Source: Reclinomonas americana ATCC 50394
Taxonomy: Eukaryota
DNA length: 64,000 nt
Assembly: GCA_048213135.1 (NCBI GenBank)
Contig: PS015009.1
Location: forward strand, 1,798,001-1,862,000
Direction: 5' to 3'
A program made the position numbers and the translations under genes. The notes beneath the pieces were generated by a model. The model saw only the letters and a program-made list of their open reading frames with translations, searched no databases and was not told the DNA's origin. Within the stretch, counting starts at the first letter, position 1. Every line of letters begins with the position of its first letter. This document shows, one piece after another, positions 17,915 to 27,902 of the stretch.

Positions 17915-19075
17915 ATGAATCAAACAGCTCAGCTGGCGATCCGCATTTTCAGCGAAAAATTTGGCAGGCAGCCCAGCCTGTATTTCTCCCCGGGAAGGGT
18001 CAATCTTATTGGTGAACATATCGATTACAACGACGGCTTCGTACTGCCGGCGGCCATTGACAAGGGCATTTATTTTGCCCTGGCGCCCAATGATACGGGT
18101 ACGGCCCGTTTTTATGCTGCCGATTTTGGAGAGGAGGCTGAAGTGGGCCTGGATATAATAGAAAAGAGTAACGGCTGGCGGAATTACCTGTACGGGGTAC
18201 TGCATGAGTTGGTGGTACTGCAAAAACCGGTTGGCGGCTTCGATTGTGTTTTTGCCGGTGATATACCCATTGGCAGCGGCATGAGTTCTTCAGCTGCGGC
18301 GGAGGGCGGACTGGCATTCGCAGTCAACGACCTTTTTGATTGTGGCTTGCAGCGGATGGACATGGCCCTGCTTTGCCAGCGGGCCGAACACAATTTTCCC
18401 GGTGTGCAGTGCGGTATTATGGACCAGTTTGCCAATATGATGGGCAGGTCCGGGCAGGCGATGCTCCTCGATTGCCGGAGTCTGCAATATGAATACCTTC
18501 CTTTAACAACAACAGCATACCGCATTGTGCTGGTGAACAGTATGGTAAAGCACAGCCTGGCTTCCTGTGAATACAATACCCGGCGGCAACAATGCGAGGA
18601 AGGATTGCGGATACTGAAAGAAGCGACCGGGGTATCTTCCTTCAGGGACGTTACCCACTTGTTGCTGGAACCGGTGAAAACAAAAATGCAGGAAAAAATA
18701 TACGATCGCTGCCGTTACGTGATAGAAGAAATTGACCGGACAAAAAAAGCCGCGGAAGCGATGGGACAAAATAACGCGGAAGAACTGGGCAGGCTGATGC
18801 TGGCTTCCCATACGGGTTTAAGAGACCTGTATGAAGTGAGTTGCCCCGAACTGGACCACCTGGTAAGCGCGGCAATCCAGGTGCCCGGCGTTATTGGTGC
18901 ACGCATGATGGGTGGTGGTTTTGGCGGCTGCACCATCAACCTGGTAAAAAACAGCAGCAGGGATATATTCATGGAAACTATACAATCATCTTATCGTTCG
19001 GCATTCGGAAAGGAAACAGAAATATATGAAGTGGGTACTGCCGATGGTACAAAACGAATGGATATAAACACCTGA
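17915..19075 (+). CDS. galK: Galactokinase
   Basis: PGRVNLIGEHIDYN, PIGSGMSSSAA, CGIMDQF, GARMMGGGFGGC. Confidence 0.96.
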   Translation: MNQTAQLAIRIFSEKFGRQPSLYFSPGRVNLIGEHIDYNDGFVLPAAIDKGIYFALAPNDTGTARFYAADFGEEAEVGLDIIEKSNGWRNYLYGVLHELVVLQKPVGGFDCVFAGDIPIGSGMSSSAAAEGGLAFAVNDLFDCGLQRMDMALLCQRAEHNFPGVQCGIMDQFANMMGRSGQAMLLDCRSLQYEYLPLTTTAYRIVLVNSMVKHSLASCEYNTRRQQCEEGLRILKEATGVSSFRDVTHLLLEPVKTKMQEKIYDRCRYVIEEIDRTKKAAEAMGQNNAEELGRLMLASHTGLRDLYEVSCPELDHLVSAAIQVPGVIGARMMGGGFGGCTINLVKNSSRDIFMETIQSSYRSAFGKETEIYEVGTADGTKRMDINT

Positions 19076-19079
19076 AAAG

Positions 19080-20234
19080 TTATACTCTGATATATATCTT
19101 CTTCCTGTCGAGCAGCCAGGCGAAAAACCACATCAGCGCTATAAAACATAAGGCATATACCAGTGAGCCAATGCGGGGATCGGAAGGGAATATGGGTTTG
19201 CATAAGTGTTCATAAAACCACCCGAACGGCGAAGTGAATTTGGTCTTGCCGGCTTCGGTAACGCCGTTGGGTATACGAAGTAATCCTAACAGGCGGGGCA
19301 ATGCGCCACTCAGCACAAATATGAAAAGGGCATTCTTGCCGAATACATTGAAGAAGCTCGTCCAGGCGCCTTTGCTGTTCCTGAATTCAATCAGGTGAAC
19401 CAGCACACCCAGCACCAGCAACGCCAGGCCAGTGGTATAAACAGTATAGCTGCTTGTCCATATTTTTTTGTTGATCGGAAATACCATATCCCAGGTGAAG
19501 CCGGCGAATATAAGTACACACCCTGCTACAAAAAGGCCGTTCAGCATATCGGGTGTTTTCCCTTTTTGCAGGATATAATTGCCGGCAAAATACCCGAATA
19601 TCACCTGTACAATAGCGGCAAAACTGCTCATGAGCCCTTCCGGGTCAAATGCCACGCCCTCGCCATGATACATATGTTTATCACCCAGCACGGCCAGATC
19701 AGCCGATGTGCCAAACCAGCCTTTGAGGCTGAAAGGATCGGCGGGATTCATAACTACGCAAAGCAGCCAGTAGAACAACAGCAGGAAAGCGCTGACCACA
19801 AAGGCGCCTCTTACTTTAAACACGTGAACGATAACCGACGCGAAGAAATAACACAAGGCGATGCGTTGCAGCACGCCAAAAATGCGCAGGTTGGCGAAAG
19901 GTTTGGCCACAATACTGCCGGCATCATCATATTTAATAAAGGGGAACCAGTTGAGCAAAAGTCCGATAACAAAGATGAGCAGCGTTCTTTTGATGATCTT
20001 TTTCCAAAAGCTGCCTTCACCTGAAGCTTCCAGCCGGGGCAGTACAAAAGCCATGGCATTGCCTACCGCGAAAAGAAAGAAAGGAAATACCAGGTCGGTA
20101 GGTGTGCAGCCATGCCAGGAAGCATGTTCCAACGGGTCGTAAATATGTGCCCAGGTACCGGGGTTATTTACGAGTATCATTAAAGCAACCGTGGCACCCC
20201 GGAATACATCCAGGGAAAGGAATCGTTGGTTCAT
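19080..20234 (-). CDS. NagX / heparan-alpha-glucosaminide N-acetyltransferase-like membrane protein
   Basis: RFLSLDVFRG, HASWHGCTPTDLVFPFFLF, GVLQRIA, DPEG, PINKKIWTSSY. Confidence 0.85.
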   Translation of the reverse strand: MNQRFLSLDVFRGATVALMILVNNPGTWAHIYDPLEHASWHGCTPTDLVFPFFLFAVGNAMAFVLPRLEASGEGSFWKKIIKRTLLIFVIGLLLNWFPFIKYDDAGSIVAKPFANLRIFGVLQRIALCYFFASVIVHVFKVRGAFVVSAFLLLFYWLLCVVMNPADPFSLKGWFGTSADLAVLGDKHMYHGEGVAFDPEGLMSSFAAIVQVIFGYFAGNYILQKGKTPDMLNGLFVAGCVLIFAGFTWDMVFPINKKIWTSSYTVYTTGLALLVLGVLVHLIEFRNSKGAWTSFFNVFGKNALFIFVLSGALPRLLGLLRIPNGVTEAGKTKFTSPFGWFYEHLCKPIFPSDPRIGSLVYALCFIALMWFFAWLLDRKKIYIRV

Positions 20235-20275
20235 GTTCTTAAAGATAGTGGAAATTCAAAATCGAAGGGAGAAAA

Positions 20276-20373
20276 AGACGGCGGACAACAGGCCACAGAC
20301 GATGCTCTTCCCAGGGCAATATCTCTGCGTATTTATTATGCCGCCCCATTTTCAAATCGTCACATCTTCAAAT
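20276..20373. repeat. Short-period degenerate intergenic repeats (7-mers and 8-mers)
   Basis: agacggc-ggacaac-aggccac-agacgat (20276-20303) and cgccccat-tttcaaat-cgtcacat-cttcaaat (20342-20373). Confidence 0.5.
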
Positions 20374-20376
20374 TAA

Positions 20377-22281
20377 TTACATTCTTTCACTGAGCTCCAG
20401 CCAGCGCATTTCCTTTTCATCCAGTTCTGCAATAATGCTGTTGATGCGTTCCGCGGCTTTTTGCAAAGTTTCAAAATCCATACCCCCACTGTTCATACCG
20501 GCTTCCAGGTCAGCTTTTTCCTGTTGCAGTTGCGGCAGTTCTTTTTCTATGCTTTCCAGTTCAAATTTTTCCTTGAACGACAGCTTTTTCTTGTCGGCAG
20601 GTGGTGCAGCTACAGGCACAGGCTCGGCAGTTTCTTTTACCGGCAGATCTTTTGGAGCCTGTACCTCATGCCCGGTAAATTGATTATTGGCCTTCGCCTG
20701 GCGGTACTGCGAATAGTTACCCGGAAAATCGCGGATAACACCGTCGCCTTCAAAAGCGAAAAGATGATCCACCATGCGGTCCATAAAATAACGGTCGTGG
20801 CTTACAATCAATATACAGCCGGGGTATTCGAGCAGGAATTCTTCCAGCGTACGCAAAGTTTGCAGGTCAAGGTCATTGGTGGGTTCATCCAGTACGAGGA
20901 AGTTGGGATTGAGGAAAAGGACGCTTAAAAGGTGTAACCTTCTTTTTTCACCGCCGCTCAGTTTACTTAATGGTGTGTACTGCTGTTCGGCAGTAAATCC
21001 GAATTTCTCCATGAACTGCGAGGCGGATACTTTGCTGCCATCTGCCAGCGGGAAAAATTCCGCAAAGTCTTTTACATATTCGATGGCCCTTTTATCTTCT
21101 TTATAAATAAGCCCTTCCTGGCTGAAGTTCCCGAACACCACGGTTTCACCATGATTGATCTTGCCGCTGTCGGGTGGCTCCTGCTGCAATGCAATACGCA
21201 GGAAGGTAGACTTACCCGCGCCGTTCTTGCCTACAATGCCTACCCTTTCACCTCTTTTGAAAGTATAGTCGAATCCTTTAATGAGTACATTATTGCCGTA
21301 ACTTTTATTGATCTTTTTCATCTCCAGCACTTTGCCGCCCAGCCTGGTCATCTTTACCTGCAGACTTACTTCGGCTTCATCTCTTCGCTGGTTTACTTTG
21401 TCTTCCAGTACGGCAAATGCATCCTGTCTTGATTTGGATTTGGTAGTACGAGCCTTGGGTTGCTTGCGCATCCACTCCAGCTCTTTCCTGAAAATGTTCC
21501 TGTCTTTCTGCAATTCACTGGCCTGCACTTCGTGTCGAAGGCTTTTCTGTTCCAGGAAATAATCATAGTCGCCTTTGTATACGTACACTTTTTCATCGTC
21601 CATTTCCAGTATCTCGTTGCAAACGGCATCCAGGAAATAGCGATCATGCGTTACCAGCAAAAGGGTCACTTTGCGGGCACCCAGGTAATCTTCCAGCCAC
21701 TCGATCATTTGCACATCCAGGTGGTTGGTGGGCTCATCCAGTATCAGCAGGCATTTGCCCTCGTGCAGTTGCGCTTCAATAAGCGATTGCGCCAGGGCCA
21801 CACGTTTGCGCTGGCCACCGCTAAGGTTGCGCACCGGTTCATTCAAATGATGAAGATTGAGTTTGCCGAGTATCTGTTTCAGTTCACCTTCAAAAGTCCA
21901 GGCATTGAGTTCATCCATGCGGGCCATGAGGGAAGTGAGCAGGTCGATATCGTCGGGTGTTTCTTCGATGCACATTTCATAATCCCTCACCAGTTTTACA
22001 ATGGGATTGTCCATGCGCAGCATATTGTCCCATATGCTTTTTTGTTCCTCAAATGGGGTTTCCTGCTGCAGCATGATCACTTTAATATCCTTGTGTACCC
22101 ACAGGGTGCCGCTGTCGGGGGTATCCAGCCCGGCAATGATCTTAAGCAGGGTCGATTTGCCGCTGCCGTTGCGGGCCACCAGCGCTATTTTATCGCCTTC
22201 TTCCACGTAAAAGGAAATATTCCTGAACAGGGTACGTATGCCGAAAGACTTGCTGAGATTTTCTATGGAAGCGTAATGCAT
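20377..22281 (-). CDS. ABC-F family ATPase (Uup-like)
   Basis: Two ABC domains (ARNGSGKST, LSGGQ, LDEPTNHLD; GKNGAGKST, LSGGE, LDEPTNDLD), no TM segments, C-terminal coiled coil; ATG 22281 lies just downstream of a TACCTTTG motif. Confidence 0.92.
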   Translation of the reverse strand: MHYASIENLSKSFGIRTLFRNISFYVEEGDKIALVARNGSGKSTLLKIIAGLDTPDSGTLWVHKDIKVIMLQQETPFEEQKSIWDNMLRMDNPIVKLVRDYEMCIEETPDDIDLLTSLMARMDELNAWTFEGELKQILGKLNLHHLNEPVRNLSGGQRKRVALAQSLIEAQLHEGKCLLILDEPTNHLDVQMIEWLEDYLGARKVTLLLVTHDRYFLDAVCNEILEMDDEKVYVYKGDYDYFLEQKSLRHEVQASELQKDRNIFRKELEWMRKQPKARTTKSKSRQDAFAVLEDKVNQRRDEAEVSLQVKMTRLGGKVLEMKKINKSYGNNVLIKGFDYTFKRGERVGIVGKNGAGKSTFLRIALQQEPPDSGKINHGETVVFGNFSQEGLIYKEDKRAIEYVKDFAEFFPLADGSKVSASQFMEKFGFTAEQQYTPLSKLSGGEKRRLHLLSVLFLNPNFLVLDEPTNDLDLQTLRTLEEFLLEYPGCILIVSHDRYFMDRMVDHLFAFEGDGVIRDFPGNYSQYRQAKANNQFTGHEVQAPKDLPVKETAEPVPVAAPPADKKKLSFKEKFELESIEKELPQLQQEKADLEAGMNSGGMDFETLQKAAERINSIIAELDEKEMRWLELSERM

Positions 22282-22285
22282 GGCG

Positions 22286-22293
22286 CAAAGGTA
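22286..22293 (-). promoter_or_regulatory. Bacteroidota -7 promoter element for the ABC-F gene (very short or no leader)
   Basis: TACCTTTG on the minus strand, 4 nt from the ATG. Confidence 0.6.
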
Positions 22294-22339
22294 GGTTCGG
22301 AATAAGGAATTAGGAGGTAATGCAACAATTTTATTCTCG

Positions 22340-22433
22340 GTCATTCCGACGTCAGAGCCTGTCCCGATAAGGAATGACATCGGGAAGGAATCTCTTTCCC
22401 GTGATGATAGATACCTCGTTACCTCGGTATGAC
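22340..22433. repeat. REP-like palindromic element with a nested second palindrome
   Basis: Outer gtcattccga (22340) / tcggtatgac (22424-22433) with one mismatch; inner tcccgat (22362) / atcggga (22379); alternative partner ggaatgac (22371). Confidence 0.6.
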
Positions 22434-22526
22434 ACAAGGTAACAGGATTCAGACTGGCACACTATCATTGCAGGTACTTTCTGCGGGGATGCGGGGCACG
22501 GTTAATCCATTATCTTTAACGGGCTA

Positions 22527-24023
22527 ATGCGATACGGGAATATGATACGGTCAGAATCTTTCAGCAGGGGTATGCTGCTTTCGGTGATCTTCAATGCCGG
22601 GGCAAAAGGACTACTCTTCCTGCTGACGATCCTTATCGCTCACTTTTTTGGGACCAGTACCGCAACAGATATCTATTTTTTCATATCCGCCGCCATGCTC
22701 CTGCTTTCCGGGCTGGTAAATGCCGTGGATACAACAGTGCTGGTGCCGGTATCCATGCGCATACGCAAACAGGAGGGTGATGCGGCAGCCATGGCATTCC
22801 TGAATGTTTTCCTGCTGCTGTATGTATTGGCGGGGCTCATTTTTTCCGTAATCGTATGGATATGGGCAGCGCCCTTATTCTCCTTTTTTTCCCGGTTTAG
22901 TGATGCGGATATATTGCAGTATCGTCATTTCTTCCTGCTGGGGTCCCTGCTTTTTTTGTTGCAGATACTCACCGGTTATATCAATAATATACTCGCTTCG
23001 CTGCGTTTTTTTACGGTGCCGATGATCGTCAGTGGTATCAACAGTTGCCTGGTCATAACCGGTATACTGCTGTTGCATAATGACTATGACGTATTTTCTG
23101 TTTTGATAGGCTCCGTAGTAGCGTACACTGTTAACCTTATGCTGCTGCTGTTGCTGATGAAGCGATTGACCGGCTGGAAATTCAGCAAACGAGGCAAACT
23201 TTCTGTATATGAAATATGGGGCAGAATAGGATTTACCGGGCTGGGACAGGCTTTCACCCTGGCCAGCAGTTATTTTCCTTTGTACCTGCTGAGCGGTTTT
23301 GGCAATGGTATCATCAGTGCCATGAGTTATGGTAAGCAACTGGCCGATGCGCCCAATAGCCTTTTCACTTCACAATTGACTAATGTGGGTGGTGTTGCGC
23401 TCAATGAAGAAGCCGCCGCCGGCAACAGGCAAAAACTGGCGCATCACTTTACCCGAACGGGGCGACTACTGTTATTTATTATGATACCCATTGGCCTTTA
23501 CCTGCTGGTGTTTGCCCGCCCGGTGGTAGAACTGCTGTACAGGCGCGGGCGTTTTGATGAAGCAGCTGTAACCGGCGCCGCCACATTTCTTCGTTTTTTT
23601 GCTTCCGTTCTTTTTGTCATAGCACTTAATGCGTGGGTGTCGAGGGTATTCATAGCCCTGCAGGCCATTCGCCAGGCATTTATATACCAACTGGTGATGA
23701 ACAGTATTTTTATAGTGATGACCTGGCTGTTTACCCGCTACTATGATGCTTACGGTTACGGGTATGCGTACGCGGCGTTTTACCTGCTTAATTTTATACT
23801 CATGTATTTTGTCTGCCGCTGGCTGGCAAGGGATATCGATTACGCGGGCCTCGCTTTTTATGCGCTGAAGCTGCTGCTTATTAACGGGGTTATTGCCGCG
23901 GCTTTTTATTTCCTGCTGCCTTATGTGTCAATACCTTCCTGGTTGCAGTTGCTGCTCTCTTTTCTTGTATGGCTGGCCCTGCTTGTACCTTCCGGTAAAA
24001 AGATCATCGCCCGTAATTCGTAA
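22527..24023 (+). CDS. MurJ/MviN-like MOP-family flippase
   Basis: Many TM segments; IAHFFGTSTATDIYF, VVELLYRRGRFD. Confidence 0.75.
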   Translation: MRYGNMIRSESFSRGMLLSVIFNAGAKGLLFLLTILIAHFFGTSTATDIYFFISAAMLLLSGLVNAVDTTVLVPVSMRIRKQEGDAAAMAFLNVFLLLYVLAGLIFSVIVWIWAAPLFSFFSRFSDADILQYRHFFLLGSLLFLLQILTGYINNILASLRFFTVPMIVSGINSCLVITGILLLHNDYDVFSVLIGSVVAYTVNLMLLLLLMKRLTGWKFSKRGKLSVYEIWGRIGFTGLGQAFTLASSYFPLYLLSGFGNGIISAMSYGKQLADAPNSLFTSQLTNVGGVALNEEAAAGNRQKLAHHFTRTGRLLLFIMIPIGLYLLVFARPVVELLYRRGRFDEAAVTGAATFLRFFASVLFVIALNAWVSRVFIALQAIRQAFIYQLVMNSIFIVMTWLFTRYYDAYGYGYAYAAFYLLNFILMYFVCRWLARDIDYAGLAFYALKLLLINGVIAAAFYFLLPYVSIPSWLQLLLSFLVWLALLVPSGKKIIARNS

Positions 24024-24034
24024 TTTTAAACCCG

Positions 24035-24808
24035 ATGTGGTTAAAACGACTATATATTAAATGTTGCCGTTACCTGCTGGGCAGGCGTTTCCTGCCGGTT
24101 ATGTCGGGGGTACTGAAAGGATATGCATTTACCACGGAGCGGAGTTACGAGTACCTGCTGGGAAATTATGAAAGCCCGGAGGTATTGGCTGTTTTTCAAT
24201 CCTGGTGTGGCGAGGGTACTGTGTTTTACGACCTGGGCGCCGCGGTAGGGTATCATACTTTACTGGCCGATCGTTTTATCATTGGCGGTACCATCCTTGC
24301 TTTTGAACCTTTTCCAGCCAATGCCAACCTGTTCCGCGAACACCTGCAACGCAATGAAACGCGGCTCAAAAAAAATAAAATTGAACTGCTGACCAATGCT
24401 GTTGCGGAAGAAGACGGCGAACTCCTGTTTTCCGCCAATGCGGTACAGACAGACGGCAACAGTTACATCAGCACCTCACCCGTTTTCAGCAACAGCGGCG
24501 AAACCATAACGGTACAGGCGTATTCCATCGACAGCCTGCTGCAGCAGGGTTACCCCGTACCGGGTATTATTAAAATTGATGTGGAGGGTGCCGAGTATGA
24601 CGTACTCAAAGGTGCCAGGCAAACGCTGGATACCCATCATCCACAGCTTTTGCTGGCCACACACGACTTTCATCTTCCCGGGGTAAAAGAGAATTGTATT
24701 GCCTTTCTTAAATCGCTGGGTTATACCCTGCAGCATACCGGGCATTATAACCAGCAGGTAAAAGGCCTCGACGATTATATTTGTATCCATAAAAGCAGGC
24801 TGAGCTGA
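24035..24808 (+). CDS. FkbM family methyltransferase
   Basis: FYDLGAAVGY, AFEP, IKIDVEGAE. Confidence 0.9.
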   Translation: MWLKRLYIKCCRYLLGRRFLPVMSGVLKGYAFTTERSYEYLLGNYESPEVLAVFQSWCGEGTVFYDLGAAVGYHTLLADRFIIGGTILAFEPFPANANLFREHLQRNETRLKKNKIELLTNAVAEEDGELLFSANAVQTDGNSYISTSPVFSNSGETITVQAYSIDSLLQQGYPVPGIIKIDVEGAEYDVLKGARQTLDTHHPQLLLATHDFHLPGVKENCIAFLKSLGYTLQHTGHYNQQVKGLDDYICIHKSRLS

Positions 24809-24812
24809 CCGC

Positions 24813-25901
24813 ATGACGAACAAAGAAAAAATAAAACTGGTGATCGCTTTACCGAGCCTTCAGTGCGGTGGCTCAGAAAAGTATGTCAGTATGCTGTGCC
24901 GTCATATCAATAAAGAAAGATTCACGGTTATTTTATTGCTGCTCGATAATACGGCGCCCTTCTATGATCCCGGTAATGAGGTTACGATCATCAGCCTGGG
25001 AAAAGCAAGGGTTCGCCAGTCGGTAATGCGTATACGCGATATCGTGAGGCAGCACCGGCCGGATATTTTTCTCAGTGCCGCCAATCATATTACAGTGGTG
25101 ATGGGCCTGTTCCGCTGGATGTTCCCTAAAGATATGCTGCTGCTGAACCGGGAGTCGAGCCTGGTGAGCAGCAACAGCAGTTATGCCCGTCAGCCCCGCC
25201 TGTACCGGCAATTGCTCAGGCGTTGTTACAAAAAAGTGGATCACATCATTTGCCAGTCGGATGCCATGCGGCAGGACCTGGCAACAAATTTTGACGTACC
25301 ACCAGTAAAGATGACGGTGTTGCATAATCCTGTTGAAAAACCTGCCGCGGAATTATCTGCACCCCAACCCGCAGCTGCGCCGCTGTTCATTACCGTGGGC
25401 CGTCTTTCAGAAGAAAAGGGGCTTGGGCTGATACTGGAAGCACTGTCGTTATTGGACTTCCCTTTCCGTTACCATATTATTGGAGATGGCGACCAGCGGG
25501 TAAAACTGGAAAAACAGGTGAATACTCTTCAACTGCAGGGCAAAGTATTTTTTATCGGTCAGCAGTCCCGGCCCTATGATGGTGTTGAACAAGCGGCCTT
25601 ATTCCTGATGGCGTCCGGTCATGAAGGATTTCCCAACAGCCTGCTCGAAGCGGGGGCGTTGGGCATACCCGTGGTGGCCTTAGAAGCGCCGGGCGGTATT
25701 GGTGAGATCGTCCAGGAGGGAGTGAATGGTTGCCTGGTGAAAGAACGAACAGCAGCGGCATATGCAACTGCCATCCGTAAGGCGCTGGTTTATTCTTTCA
25801 ACAAGGAACAGATCAGTACCATAACACTTGATCAATACGATATTAACCGGCATATCACGCAGGTGGAAACGCTGCTGGAGCAATGTTATAAAGAAAAATA
25901 A
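24813..25901 (+). CDS. Glycosyltransferase family 4 (PglJ-like)
   Basis: GGSEK, VGRLSEEKG, EGFPNSLLEA. Confidence 0.88.
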   Translation: MTNKEKIKLVIALPSLQCGGSEKYVSMLCRHINKERFTVILLLLDNTAPFYDPGNEVTIISLGKARVRQSVMRIRDIVRQHRPDIFLSAANHITVVMGLFRWMFPKDMLLLNRESSLVSSNSSYARQPRLYRQLLRRCYKKVDHIICQSDAMRQDLATNFDVPPVKMTVLHNPVEKPAAELSAPQPAAAPLFITVGRLSEEKGLGLILEALSLLDFPFRYHIIGDGDQRVKLEKQVNTLQLQGKVFFIGQQSRPYDGVEQAALFLMASGHEGFPNSLLEAGALGIPVVALEAPGGIGEIVQEGVNGCLVKERTAAAYATAIRKALVYSFNKEQISTITLDQYDINRHITQVETLLEQCYKEK

Positions 25902-25982
25902 GCCACGGGTAAGGCTAATTCCCGGATATTTGCGTTTTATTCCGCCGGCACCCCTGTTTTGGGGCAGGTATATCTACAGCGC

Positions 25983-27155
25983 ATGAAAGGAAATAAGCCG
26001 AAATTACTGATCTCCATTAATACCCTTCAATCCGGCGGTGCCGAACGCGTGGTTTCACTGTTGCTGGAACACCTTAAGAACGACTTTGAGATCCACCTGG
26101 GGCTGTATACCAATATTGTGGATTATAAGATTCCCGCCGAAATAAAAGTACTCGACCTTAAACAACCCCTCAACGAGAACAAGATCATCCGCCTGCTTAA
26201 AATGCCTTACCAGTCGTATAAGGTATACCGTTATTGCAAGCGTAACAATATAAAAGTATCCGTGGCTTTTCTTTACAGGCCTTGTTACCTGAATGCGCTG
26301 ATGAAAAGTGTATGGGGGTATAAAGGGAAGGTGATCATGTGCGAACGAACACACCAGACTACCATGCAGCAGAGCCAGTCGAAGATCTACCGCATGTTCT
26401 CCAAGTTCATGGTGCGGTTTTCCTATAAGCGGGCCGACCTGGTACTGGCCAATTCCTACGCCATGCAGACTGACCTGGTGGAGAATTTCAGGATCAAAAC
26501 GCCGGTGCGGGTGATCTATAACCCCATCGACCTGCACTTCATCAAGACCCATATCGCGGAGCAGCCTCCCTTTCATTTCGAGGAAGGGGTTTTCCATTTC
26601 GTGAACGTAGGCGGTTTCAGGAAGGAAAAAAACCACCTGCTGTTATTACAGGCTTTCTTTATACTGAAAAACCTGCCGTGTAAACTGGTGATCGTAGGCG
26701 GAGGGGTGCTGGAAGATGAGCTCAGGCAGAAGGTAGATGACCTGGATATGAATGACCGGGTGATCTTTTGCGGGTTTGATACCAATCCTTTTAAATATGT
26801 AAGCCGGAGCGACTGTTTTGTGCTGAGTTCGGATGTGGAAGGCTTTCCCAATGTACTGATCGAATCGCTGGCCTGCGCCGTTCCCGTTATTTCCACCGAC
26901 TGCAGTTCAGGTCCCCGGGAATTGCTCGCCCCGTCTACCGACCTGCACCACAGGGCCATCAATGGTTACGAGATCGGGGAATACGGCATTCTTACCCCTG
27001 TAAATGATATAGCCGCTTTTGCCGCCGCTATGAAGCGTATGTATGAAGATGCTACCCTCAGGAAACAACTGGCAGCCCGGGCCGCCGGTCGTGCAGAGCA
27101 ATTTGATGTGGATGAGGTAAAACAATACTTTCACGTCGCTTTTACAGCCATATAG
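25983..27155 (+). CDS. Glycosyltransferase family 4 (PglJ-like GalNAc transferase)
   Basis: GGAERVVS, IYNPID, EGFPNVLIESLAC, TDCSSGPRE; ATG 25983 preferred over TTG 25959. Confidence 0.88.
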   Translation: MKGNKPKLLISINTLQSGGAERVVSLLLEHLKNDFEIHLGLYTNIVDYKIPAEIKVLDLKQPLNENKIIRLLKMPYQSYKVYRYCKRNNIKVSVAFLYRPCYLNALMKSVWGYKGKVIMCERTHQTTMQQSQSKIYRMFSKFMVRFSYKRADLVLANSYAMQTDLVENFRIKTPVRVIYNPIDLHFIKTHIAEQPPFHFEEGVFHFVNVGGFRKEKNHLLLLQAFFILKNLPCKLVIVGGGVLEDELRQKVDDLDMNDRVIFCGFDTNPFKYVSRSDCFVLSSDVEGFPNVLIESLACAVPVISTDCSSGPRELLAPSTDLHHRAINGYEIGEYGILTPVNDIAAFAAAMKRMYEDATLRKQLAARAAGRAEQFDVDEVKQYFHVAFTAI

Positions 27156-27263
27156 AATAACGCCTCCCCGTATCTAATTGATAATTAGGTTATTAAATCG
27201 TTATTTATTTTTCTGAACTTCTTTTTTTCGCCTCATCCGGCCTGAAAATGGGGATAAATCGGC

Positions 27264-27288
27264 TATATTTGAGTAATTTTTCTACTCA
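27264..27288 (+). promoter_or_regulatory. -7 promoter element overlapped by a palindromic operator candidate
   Basis: TATATTTG at 27264-27271; TGAGTA-N7-TACTCA at 27270-27288. Confidence 0.55.
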
Positions 27289-27293
27289 TTATT

Positions 27294-27824
27294 ATGATAG
27301 AGGCGCTCATTTCTTCCAAAACCAGGGTAAAATTGTTGCTGAAGTTCTTCCTGAACAGCAGCAATAAGGCCTACCTGCGTGGACTGGAAGAGGAGTTTGG
27401 CGAAAGCACCAATGCCATAAGAGTGGAACTGAACAAGCTGGAACAGGTAGGTATGATCACCAGCGATGTGCAGGGCAATAAGAAATATTTCAAGGCCAAT
27501 ACCAGGCACCCCCTCTTTTTCGACCTGCACAACATCATCAAAAAATACATAGGGCTGGACACGGTAATAGAAAACGTGGTGTCGCAACTGGGCGACGTGG
27601 AAAAGGTATACCTCACCGGTGAATTTGCCCGCGGGTTGAACGCTAATGTGATTGACCTGGAACTGGTAGGAAAAGTGAACATCAGCTATCTTACCGGGTT
27701 GATCGAGAAGGCGGAACCGATGGTGAAAAGAAAGATCAGGTATGTTGTGTATTCACAGGAAGAATACGTGGAACTGATTGAACAGAAAAAAGATTACGAA
27801 AAGCTGCTGATCTGGAGTAAATAA
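27294..27824 (+). CDS. ArsR-like winged-helix regulator fused to a degenerate nucleotidyltransferase-like domain
   Basis: wHTH: YLRGLEEEFGESTNAIRVELNKLEQVGMI...GNKKYF; C-terminal VYLTGEFARG...IDLELVG. Confidence 0.75.
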   Translation: MIEALISSKTRVKLLLKFFLNSSNKAYLRGLEEEFGESTNAIRVELNKLEQVGMITSDVQGNKKYFKANTRHPLFFDLHNIIKKYIGLDTVIENVVSQLGDVEKVYLTGEFARGLNANVIDLELVGKVNISYLTGLIEKAEPMVKRKIRYVVYSQEEYVELIEQKKDYEKLLIWSK

Positions 27825-27854
27825 GACCAGGCAGCAGTCCTGTATTTTAAAGCA

Positions 27855-27880
27855 CTCATGTGACTGAGGAGGCGAAGCTC
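27855..27880 (+). promoter_or_regulatory. Candidate ops-like pause/loading site in the upxY leader
   Basis: ctca-tgtgac-tgag hairpin followed by GGCGAAGC (27871-27878), about 25 nt before upxY. Confidence 0.45.
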
Positions 27881-27902
27881 TGCCCGCCCATTATTATAAT
27901 AT

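Noticed and set aside
17843-18223. N-terminal extension of the sugar transferase in the ORF track
   Set aside because: Overlaps galK on the opposite strand; ATG 17842 gives a normal protein
22282-22437. N-terminal extension of the ABC-F protein
   Set aside because: Runs through the promoter motif and REP-like element; ATG 22281 fits the family start
27294-27824. MNT-HEPN or AbiE toxin-antitoxin module
   Set aside because: Catalytic motif is degenerate and no toxin gene is adjacent
27156-27902. Invertible (phase-variable) promoter upstream of upxY
   Set aside because: No long inverted repeats flank the promoter and no recombinase gene is in the window
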